Source: an uncultured Verrucomicrobiae bacterium (GTDB lineage Bacteria > Verrucomicrobiota > Verrucomicrobiia > Limisphaerales > UBA11358). From it: a stretch of DNA of 64,000 nt. The stretch spans positions 10,495-74,494 of the forward strand of contig CAWBJE010000001.1 of the NCBI GenBank assembly GCA_963789055.1, read 5' to 3'. Below, piece after piece: positions 38,616 to 46,541 of this stretch; the first letter of the stretch is position 1; every line of letters begins with the position of its first letter. The translations under genes and the position numbers were made by a program. The notes under the pieces were generated by a model that was not told where the DNA came from, did not search any database, and worked only from the letters and a program-made list of their open reading frames with translations.

Positions 38616-38787
38616 TTGTGACGGTACCGCCAATCGGCACGTTTGAACGTCCCCTATTTTGGAGGAGTTAAAGTCAACGGCAAGTCAATTCGGCATTCAA
38701 CCGGGTGCTCCCCGCCCTTGTGCCGGAGCTGGCTTGCCCAAGCGCGGTCGAATGTGTCGTCCTTGATTCTTTTTGTTGACGCTTCGC

Positions 38788-39192
38788 CTAGGCGCCCGAT
38801 TGGAGGTGGCTGGTTATCTTGTTGAGAATGGTGCGCGACATGGCCTCGTCGCCAAACGTGCCCACGCGAATGCGGATTTCCGTTGAAGTATTGGACAGGT
38901 TCTTCAACTTGATGCTGATATTGGTGTTGCTCGCGTTGCGCGTCGTCAGATTGGCTTCCAATGCGTCCTTGGCCTTGCTCGTTACCGGGAACTGCAAGTC
39001 CTGCATGGCCGCCAGCGTGGCGTCCCAGGTCCGGTCGATCGACGCACTCTCGGTGGCCTTGACTTCACCGTTTATGTAGGCGTAACCGCCGACGCCCGCA
39101 CCCGCGGCGGCACCGGCCACGAACAAGATACAACCGCTGCCCAACACCAGAAGCGATACCAGCGTCACTGCGATCATCAGTTTTGTTTTCAT
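38788..39192 (-). CDS. DUF3568-family lipoprotein
   Basis: GSGC lipobox, GAAAGAG, TEIRIRVGTFGDEAMS. Confidence 0.85.
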   Translation of the reverse strand: MKTKLMIAVTLVSLLVLGSGCILFVAGAAAGAGVGGYAYINGEVKATESASIDRTWDATLAAMQDLQFPVTSKAKDALEANLTTRNASNTNISIKLKNLSNTSTEIRIRVGTFGDEAMSRTILNKITSHLQSGA

Positions 39193-39379
39193 AAAATAGG
39201 TTCCTTGATTTAACTGCTGCGGGAAAAGTAGGGAGTCCAACCGGTTGTGCAAGCTGAAAAATGCTTCCTCCAATCCGGCAAAGAAGGCACCCGGGAAGCT
39301 GAATGAGCTTGCTCCCGCGTCAAAGCACGGACAATATGCTTGCCAGACACGCAGCGAATTGAGTTTGCAAAACGTCCGT

Positions 39380-39421
39380 GCGGAAGGGTGGCTGAGTGGT
39401 TGAAGGCACCTGACTCGAAAT
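39380..39421 (+). repeat. Left att site: truncated 5' half of tRNA-Ser
   Basis: GCGGAAGGGTGGCTGAGTGGTTGAAGGCACCTGACTCGAAAT, identical to 59004-59045. Confidence 0.95.
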
Positions 39422-39548
39422 TGTAAAAGGCACTTTTTGCTATGTTTAGCCGCGAGGTGCAATCACTGATTCGATTAATGTTTACAATGGTTTTATTCGT
39501 TTCAGCTTTTGCTGCGTTTGGTCGCATTTGGCTGCAAAAAACGCATAT

Positions 39549-39570
39549 AGTATAGAAAAGCAGTATAGAA
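39549..39570 (+). promoter_or_regulatory. Putative integrase arm-type sites (AGTATAGAA x2, 13-bp period)
   Basis: Same paired motif at 58928 and 58941. Confidence 0.75.
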
Positions 39571-39591
39571 AAAACTCCCACGCCGACTCGC

Positions 39592-40167
39592 TCAAATCCG
39601 CATTCCGCGACTGTGATTTTGTTCGTGCGCCTGGGCGTGCTGTTGGGAAACCGCGTGAGTGAATCGTCGCATGACGGCATCGGCAACTCGGCTCATGTCC
39701 TGGCCGGGATATTTCTCCGCCAGAAATTCCTTCACCTGCGCGGTCATGTCCTCCGTCCAAACCTGCAACGCCTGCCGTTGCTCCTGCGCAAATGCCTTCA
39801 ATACCTCCACCGCATTCCAGCCCCGGTTCCAGATTTCGTTCGTGCCGCGCGCCGGGAAATGCTCCACCACCGCATATTCCACCCCGCCCGTGATGGGACG
39901 GTGGCAAAGGCAAATGTTGTCCATCAGATCAACGCTTTTGTGCCATTGCCCGTCACCGTCAACTTGGATGATATTCTCTTTGGGTGTTGGTTTTGATGCG
40001 GCCATGTTCGCTGCCAGTGTTGTTTTGGCAATGTTCCGCTCCAGCCGTTCAACGGCCTCGCGGCTGACCGGAAATTGTTTCAGGTGTTCGGCAAAATGCT
40101 GTCTGGCCCCGGCGTAGGCTTGATCCTCCAGCGCCGTCGGTCGGCGATCATCAAATCGGTTGCTCAT
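39592..40167 (-). CDS. Hypothetical protein of the element
   Basis: 191-aa ORF co-oriented with xis; GAGG SD. Confidence 0.7.
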   Translation of the reverse strand: MSNRFDDRRPTALEDQAYAGARQHFAEHLKQFPVSREAVERLERNIAKTTLAANMAASKPTPKENIIQVDGDGQWHKSVDLMDNICLCHRPITGGVEYAVVEHFPARGTNEIWNRGWNAVEVLKAFAQEQRQALQVWTEDMTAQVKEFLAEKYPGQDMSRVADAVMRRFTHAVSQQHAQAHEQNHSRGMRI

Positions 40168-40174
40168 ATTGGCC

Positions 40175-40387
40175 TCATTGGGTTCCCAGCAGTTTCAGCA
40201 ATTCCGTGCGCGGCACCAGCAACTTGCCACGCAAGGCCCGGCACACTTTGAGTTTACCACGCTGGATGAGCCGGTAAACGCTGAAATAATTCACGCCAAG
40301 CAGGTCGGCAGATTCCTGGACAGAATAGGCCAACCGTTCGGTTGGCGTGACGGCGGGCTGTTCTTCGGTTTTTGGGATGGGTTCCAT
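40175..40387 (-). CDS. Excisionase-like HTH_17 protein
   Basis: RLAYSVQESADLLGV..SVYRLIQRGKL; AAGGAGG SD. Confidence 0.85.
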   Translation of the reverse strand: MEPIPKTEEQPAVTPTERLAYSVQESADLLGVNYFSVYRLIQRGKLKVCRALRGKLLVPRTELLKLLGTQ

Positions 40388-40419
40388 ACGTTCCTCCTTT
40401 ATATACGGGTGTTTCACAG

Positions 40420-40758
40420 TTACGACGGGCGAGAAAATGAAGCCAACGGCAGCACGAGACCGCGTTTGGCGTTATGGATGTAGCGAAGAATGGCGTCTTG
40501 AATTGGCCGGCCTGAATCCAATTGGGGATATAAAGCATCCCTGGGCACGCCCAATACGGCGGCCAGCCAGGTGACTTGGAAGTCATGGACATAAACCGTG
40601 CCGCCTTCGATCTTGGAAACGCCGCTGCGTGAGATGGCCCAGCCGGTCCGTTGTAACCGGCCCGCCAAGTCCTCCTGCGACCAGTCACGCTGGTTGCGGA
40701 ACTTGCTGACCTGTCGGCCAACGATATTCAACGTCTTCTTCACTTTCCAACCAGTCAT
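40420..40758 (-). CDS. XRE-family HTH regulator
   Basis: NIVGRQVSKFRNQRDWSQEDLA...SRSGVSKIEG. Confidence 0.85.
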   Translation of the reverse strand: MTGWKVKKTLNIVGRQVSKFRNQRDWSQEDLAGRLQRTGWAISRSGVSKIEGGTVYVHDFQVTWLAAVLGVPRDALYPQLDSGRPIQDAILRYIHNAKRGLVLPLASFSRPS

Positions 40759-41707
40759 TTTAGCAACGCCGCCGGACTGGCGTTAGGGAGTAGGTGCCAG
40801 TTAAAAACACCTTCATGGGGCAGCGTTGGCGTTTCTGTTGTCGGCACATGGCTTCGGGCCTCCTTGTTTCTTGCAATGTCAACGGTCAAAATCGTTGGCA
40901 CAAAAACACTTCCAAGGCGGAACAATCCACGCCTTGGGAAATTTATTTAAGTATGGGGTCATCAAGCCGACCGCAAACCGGCGGTCAAACTCTCACCAAT
41001 GAAGCCTCAATTGAGGGAATTTCAGGTATCCTACCTGGCCTAAGAAGGCGAAAATTTGACAAGATGCCGGGATTGGCGTTCACAAAAAAATTAACGCGCG
41101 GCAATACAATGTGACAGCAAGAGACAGTGCGTGATAAGAGGATGTATAACAGGCGATGCGCGGGCATCGCCACGCTGCCCGGCGCGGCAGCCAGAGCGCC
41201 TACAAAGCAGGCCAGCGACGTTTGCCCACGCAACACGGCAGCAAAGGTTCGGACGCCGTCCCGACAAACCTACAATCCCCTCCTAAAAGCGGTCTTTGCA
41301 GGCGGGCACCAAACCCGCGATTTGATACGTGGCGAGGGAACGAACGAATCACCGGCAAACGACGGCGCGATTTCGATTTCCTGTCCGGTTGGTGACGACA
41401 AACGGCACGATGACCGGTGCGGACACTCTGACTGAACTTGTTTGCGTCCGCTCCGGTCGGCGGGATGGTTGGCGTTACGAACCGGCTGACATGGGATGAC
41501 AGCGAAGCAGGCGCGCTATTGGCGTGGCGCTTGCCGGTTTAGCAATGCGCCATGACAGGAGCGGGCCTGCGAGCATTCCATCCGCCAATCAGCGGCAGGG
41601 ATTCCGACGCGGATGCGTTCAACATTTCGTCACGGCTCAAACAACCGCGCCGTCTGCGCCTTATGTTCCAAGTGAAAAGACAAAGCCGGAAACCTAAGCG
41701 CACCACG

Positions 41708-41785
41708 GGCCGGAACGCCGCCGCTGTCAACGGTGGAGGCGACGAAGGAGCACTACCTTGACAGCACGAGGCGGCGGCTCCGGCC
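41708..41785. other. Long imperfect hairpin containing TTGACA in both arms
   Basis: GGCCGGA..GCCGCC..GCTGTCAA / TTGACAGC..GGCGGC..TCCGGCC. Confidence 0.65.
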
Positions 41786-41859
41786 AGTTCGACACACAGG
41801 CGGTTGCCGATTCATTTCACGGTTAATGTCCCGTCGCGCGCTCGCGCCATTGGCTCAAA

Positions 41860-41958
41860 CTATTTTAGCACCCACTTGAGCACGCGCAGTAGCGCCCAAA
41901 CGATCACGGCGATGAGCCAGCAAAATTCCCGCTTCGAGAGCTTGAATGTAATTTTCAC
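41860..41958 (-). CDS. Putative 32-aa membrane peptide (not in the ORF track)
   Basis: GTG..TAG: MKITFKLSKREFCWLIAVIVWALLRVLKWVLK. Confidence 0.4.
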   Translation of the reverse strand: MKITFKLSKREFCWLIAVIVWALLRVLKWVLK

Positions 41959-42235
41959 GCCTTAACTACTGTGCGTGTCTGCGCGAACTGACGGTCGTGC
42001 GATGGGCGTATAAATGTTTACATTTTCTTCCGTCACTACTGTCGGTGGCGAGCAGCGCCAAGCTTTTGCGCCGGCAGCACGCAGCCACGGACAGGCGGGC
42101 GACTGCCCTTCATCTACCAGCGAAGCAGGCGCGTGCGAGGTAGGTCGCTGGCCGGCTTTGGCCAAGCGCCCTGACCGCACGGGCCTGCAAGCTTTTCAAA
42201 CGCGGATGCGCGTCAGGATTTCGACGCGACTGCGC

Positions 42236-42646
42236 TCAACGTTCGGGCAGCCGGAGTCCTGGCTGGCCGTCGCCTGACGTGTTCTTGCTCCGTCCGCCTT
42301 GGCTTGGTGCTGGCGGCGTTGAGGCATGAGCGGCGGCGCGTTTGACCCGCCTGGCTCCGCGCCGCCTGGCGCTTCCGTTGCCGCCAGCCGCCCAGCGATT
42401 CAAGCACTCGCGCAACCGCGCCGGACTCACCGGCACGCCGGCGGCCTTCAATTCATCCACCAGTTGCTTGCTGCTCCATCCCTTGCGTTGCAACGCAAGC
42501 AACCGCTCGCGCAACGGTTCCAACACGTCACTAGCGGTTTTCCGTTTTTTAGGCGGTTCGCGTTCCGCCAATTGCGTCAGCTTTTTCTCCAGCACCGCGT
42601 AATCCAGTTTCGCGGCGATCTGTGTGTAATCAATGCGTGTGCTCAT
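42236..42646 (-). CDS. Putative relaxosome accessory DNA-binding protein
   Basis: LRERLLALQRKGWSSKQLVDELKAAGVPVS HTH-like; divergent from the relaxase. Confidence 0.6.
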   Translation of the reverse strand: MSTRIDYTQIAAKLDYAVLEKKLTQLAEREPPKKRKTASDVLEPLRERLLALQRKGWSSKQLVDELKAAGVPVSPARLRECLNRWAAGGNGSARRRGARRVKRAAAHASTPPAPSQGGRSKNTSGDGQPGLRLPER

Positions 42647-42689
42647 AATGTTTGATTTGCTCCTTTCTCTGGCCGGTAATGCGTCCATC

Positions 42690-43130
42690 CGTCTAGGCGT
42701 GCCAGGTCATGCCTGCCCGTTTATTGGCAGGCAACCTGTGCTCCGGCTTCGCTCATATCTACGGCGTTTCATCCGACCGTTGTTTGGCTCGCCTTTGACT
42801 TTTTTGTCGAACGCCCTATGGCCCGGCGGCGAGCGACTTCTTCACCGGCCTGGGGCGGGGTAAGTGTCATGGCACTTCTGCGGTTTCCCATTTCAGAAAC
42901 CGCCCTTCATTCCTTGCCGGACTGGCAACAAATGGTTCGGTGCTTCTGTGCATACTTACCGGATAACCAATAGCATCAAACGGATTGCAGGTTGCGCTCG
43001 CTTGGGCGCAATCGGTTCTGAACCTCGTGCTACCGTTCCAGGCATGAGCGTCATCCTATCGGGGAATGGGCAATCAGGTTGTAATGGTTTCATTACAACC
43101 TGTCGGATGGCATTGACGTAAAATATCGAG
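42690..43130. other. Probable oriT-containing intergenic region (nic site not identified)
   Basis: Position between the divergent accessory gene and the relaxase; small hairpins. Confidence 0.4.
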
Positions 43131-43132
43131 TC

Positions 43133-46114
43133 ATGTTTAGCGGCATACCACAGAAGAATCGGGCGGGTGCGGAGACGTATTTTGATGAGCACCTTTCCCA
43201 TAACGATTATTACACCCAGGCTGAAACGGAACATGGCCATTGGATTGGTGCCGGCGCTGAACGGTTGGGATTGCAACCGGGTGGTGTCGTTACCCGTGAA
43301 ACGTTCCTGAAATTGTGCGATAACCTGCATCCAGAGACGGGTGAACAGTTGACACCGCAGCATTTCCGGGAACGCCGGATTTATTTCGACTTCGTGTGTT
43401 CGCCACCCAAGTCCATTTCGATTCTGGCCGTTACGATGAATGACCGGCGTATCATCGAGGCACACCAGGAAGCGTCTGGAATCGCGCTCCGGGAACTGGA
43501 ACAGTTCGCCGCCACAAGGATTCGTAAGGGGGGCGTCGAGGAAGGTGACCGGGTTACTGGCAATCTGGTCGGCGCGGCTTTCCTGCACACGTCCTCCCGC
43601 GCGCTTGACCCACAACTGCACACCCACTTCGTCCTGTTCAACTGCACCTGGGACAAGACGGAGCAGCGTTGGAAGGCACTCCAGACCGGCGACATGTTCG
43701 GCGCCATTAACTACGGCACGGCAGTCTATCGCAATGAACTGGCCAAGCGTCTCCACCAGCTCGGTTACTCCACCCGGCGCACGGGTTCGGCTTTTGAAAT
43801 CGAAGGTGTCGAGGCCAAGTTTATTGAGCGGTTCTCGAAACGGTCACAGCAACGGGACATGGCGGTCAAACGGCAGGAAGCCAAGCTCGGTCGCAAGCTC
43901 ACCAAACAGGAGGTCGCCCATGTCGTCCACCAGTCGCGGCCCAAAAAATTGAAGGGCGCTTCCGATGAACAGGTGCGTCAGCAACAACTCGGCGAGATCG
44001 GCTTTTTCGAGAAGCGTGCCCTCCGCAAAGTGGTCGCCGCCGCCAATGGGTTGCCTGTGGCTCCGGTCCAAAACGTCACCGAGTCCGCCGCCGTCGAACA
44101 TGGTTTGGCTCACGTCTTTGAACGCGCTTCGGTCGTGCCGCAACACAAGATTTTGGAAGCCGGTTTGGTCAAAGGCTGCGGCCAGCTTGACCTTGAACAG
44201 TTAAAAAAGAACCTGGCTGATGACGCCAACCTCGTGCGCGTTGGTTCGGAGGTCTCTACGCGGGACATTCTCGGTAAGGAGCTTTACCTCATTCGTAGCG
44301 TCAACGCTGGCGTCGAGGCCGTCGCTCCCATCACCAGCCGTTACGAACCGCCCGACCGCCTTGGTCCCGACCAGCGCAAGGTGCTGGCTCATGTCCTGAC
44401 CAGCTCCGACCAGTTCACCGGCTTCCGTGGCCTGGCCGGTTCGGGTAAAAGCACCGCCCTGGCCGAACTGGCCACCGCACTCTGTCACCGGGGCTATGAT
44501 GCCGTTTTCTGCGCCCCTACCGCCTCCGCCGCGGACACGCTCCGCAAAGAGGTGCCCTATCTGGCCAAGACCATGACGCTGCAAAAGCTGCTGGCCGACT
44601 CAGACGCACAGTCCCGGCTTTCCCCCGGTTGGGTCATTGTCCTGGATGAAGCCGGGGCCGTCGGTCTGGATGACATGGTGAAAGTCTTCGAGCTGGCCCG
44701 TCTCAGGCATTGCCGGGTGATTATGTCCGGCGACACCGGCCAGCATTCCTCCGTTCCCAAAGGCGATGCGCTCCGTATCCTCGAACAGTATTCCAATTAT
44801 CGTTTCAGCGAACTGATGACCATTCGCCGCCAGAAGCCCGAAGTTTTCCGGCAAATCGTCAAACTGGCCGCCGCCAAGCACACCGGCCAGGCGTTTGCCA
44901 AACTCATGGAGCTTGGCGCGGTCAGTGAAGCGCCGACCGATGACGGTCAGCTTTATCAAAAGGCGGCTGATGCGTATTTGTCGGCCACGAAGCAGGGCAA
45001 GTCGGCGTTACTGGTCTCGCCCACCTGGGCGGAGATTGAGGCCGTGACCGAGAAGGTGCGGGAAACATTGAAAGCCGATGGCGTGGTCAGCCCGGATGAA
45101 CAGGCGTTTCCCGTCTTTGATTCGCTTTCGTGGACGGAAGCCCAAAAGAAAAATGCCAGCCAATATGAACCCGGCCAGCGCCTGCGTTTTGTCCGCAAGA
45201 CCCGGAAGTTTGACCGGGGCGAGACGGTCGAGGTCGCCGCCGTCGTGGAAAACGGTTTGCGTATCCGCCGTCCCGATGGGACGGAAGTGGATTTTATCCC
45301 CGCCAATGCCGCCAGCACCTTCGATGTCGGGGAAGCCCGTGAACTGAAAGTTGCCGCCGGCGACTGGCTCCTGCTCCAAGCCAATCACGGCAGGGAATTC
45401 ATCAATGGGGAGCGCGTCCAGGTGCGGGAGATCCAAAACGGCCGCATTTCGTTGACCGATGGTCGCCAACTCCCTACCAGCTTCAACACGTTCACCCACG
45501 GCTACGCTGTCACATCGCATTCGTCTCAGAGCAAGACGGTGGATGAAGTGCTGTTGGTCGCCTCGTCACGCTCCTTTGCCGCCGTCAACCGGGAACAGTT
45601 CTACGTTTCCATCTCCCGTGGCCGCGAGCGCGTTCATGTTTTCACCGATGATACCGAATTGCTTGCCCGCCGTGTCACCGATTCGCACGAGCGCAAGGCC
45701 GCCGTCGAACTTGAAGCTCTTCGCGATGAACTGGCCAAACTCGGTTTCGTTCGTAAGGAACCGCTGGAAGAAAGAAACGCAGTGCCGGTAGCGAGGGCTG
45801 TGCGCCGGCACCGCCCCACGCGGTTCACCCGTCTCTCGCCTGTTCAACGGCTGGCGCAAATCGTTGAGGAAATCTCCCGCTGGCTCGGTGAGGTGTTCCA
45901 GCCCGGCCAGATGTTGGCGCACGGTCACAAGGATGAAGCCGCTGTCGAAAAAGTCGAACAGGCCGAGGCTGTGAAGCCAACCGAGACGGTCAAACCGGCG
46001 CTCACAGTCAGGGAAGTGCGCCCGCAGAGGGAGGCCGTTCGCCGCAAATTGGGTCGTTCCATCACCCCGCCCGGCGACACCGGCCATTCTCATTCCCATA
46101 GCATCGGCGTTTAA
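43133..46114 (+). CDS. mobF: MOBF (TrwC/TraI-like) relaxase-helicase
   Basis: N-terminal TYF..NDYY tyrosines, FDFVCSPPKSIS, HTSSRALDPQLHTH, FSKRS; helicase GLAGSGKS, LDEAG, HGYAVTSHSSQSKTVD, FYVSISRGR. Confidence 0.95.
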   Translation: MFSGIPQKNRAGAETYFDEHLSHNDYYTQAETEHGHWIGAGAERLGLQPGGVVTRETFLKLCDNLHPETGEQLTPQHFRERRIYFDFVCSPPKSISILAVTMNDRRIIEAHQEASGIALRELEQFAATRIRKGGVEEGDRVTGNLVGAAFLHTSSRALDPQLHTHFVLFNCTWDKTEQRWKALQTGDMFGAINYGTAVYRNELAKRLHQLGYSTRRTGSAFEIEGVEAKFIERFSKRSQQRDMAVKRQEAKLGRKLTKQEVAHVVHQSRPKKLKGASDEQVRQQQLGEIGFFEKRALRKVVAAANGLPVAPVQNVTESAAVEHGLAHVFERASVVPQHKILEAGLVKGCGQLDLEQLKKNLADDANLVRVGSEVSTRDILGKELYLIRSVNAGVEAVAPITSRYEPPDRLGPDQRKVLAHVLTSSDQFTGFRGLAGSGKSTALAELATALCHRGYDAVFCAPTASAADTLRKEVPYLAKTMTLQKLLADSDAQSRLSPGWVIVLDEAGAVGLDDMVKVFELARLRHCRVIMSGDTGQHSSVPKGDALRILEQYSNYRFSELMTIRRQKPEVFRQIVKLAAAKHTGQAFAKLMELGAVSEAPTDDGQLYQKAADAYLSATKQGKSALLVSPTWAEIEAVTEKVRETLKADGVVSPDEQAFPVFDSLSWTEAQKKNASQYEPGQRLRFVRKTRKFDRGETVEVAAVVENGLRIRRPDGTEVDFIPANAASTFDVGEARELKVAAGDWLLLQANHGREFINGERVQVREIQNGRISLTDGRQLPTSFNTFTHGYAVTSHSSQSKTVDEVLLVASSRSFAAVNREQFYVSISRGRERVHVFTDDTELLARRVTDSHERKAAVELEALRDELAKLGFVRKEPLEERNAVPVARAVRRHRPTRFTRLSPVQRLAQIVEEISRWLGEVFQPGQMLAHGHKDEAAVEKVEQAEAVKPTETVKPALTVREVRPQREAVRRKLGRSITPPGDTGHSHSHSIGV

Positions 46115-46149
46115 TTTCTCATCCATCAACCATCAACCTCAACCAACCT

Positions 46150-46506
46150 ATGTCCATGAACTTCCTAAAAGACGATTGTTTCCTGCCTACCGAAATGCAT
46201 TGCTTCAGTATCGAGTTCCATTTCGAGGGACGGCGGCGCGGTTTCCACACCAGCCAGTTGATTGAATACACCCTTGAACCCAACCCCGAGGCCAACGACG
46301 CCAAGGATGCGCCGCCGGACAGGCTGGCTTTTGCCTTCTCCACCGCCGACGTGGTCGTCCTAGGGTGGCGGCTCGGTCGCATTGCCGATTATCTGCGTGA
46401 AAATAAACTCTCCGCCATCTGCACCCTCCCCAAACGCTACAGTGACCTCGACTGCAACAAACCTTTTGTCGCCTCCATCAAAATCGAGCCAGTCGGCAAA
46501 GGATAA
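46150..46506 (+). CDS. Small hypothetical protein downstream of the relaxase
   Basis: 118-aa ORF co-oriented with the relaxase. Confidence 0.65.
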   Translation: MSMNFLKDDCFLPTEMHCFSIEFHFEGRRRGFHTSQLIEYTLEPNPEANDAKDAPPDRLAFAFSTADVVVLGWRLGRIADYLRENKLSAICTLPKRYSDLDCNKPFVASIKIEPVGKG

Positions 46507-46541
46507 AATACCCATTATAAAATTGTCGGATCAGTCCACTG

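Noticed and set aside
39380..39421. Second functional tRNA-Ser
   Set aside because: Ends at the anticodon loop with no T arm or acceptor 3' strand; it is an att site.
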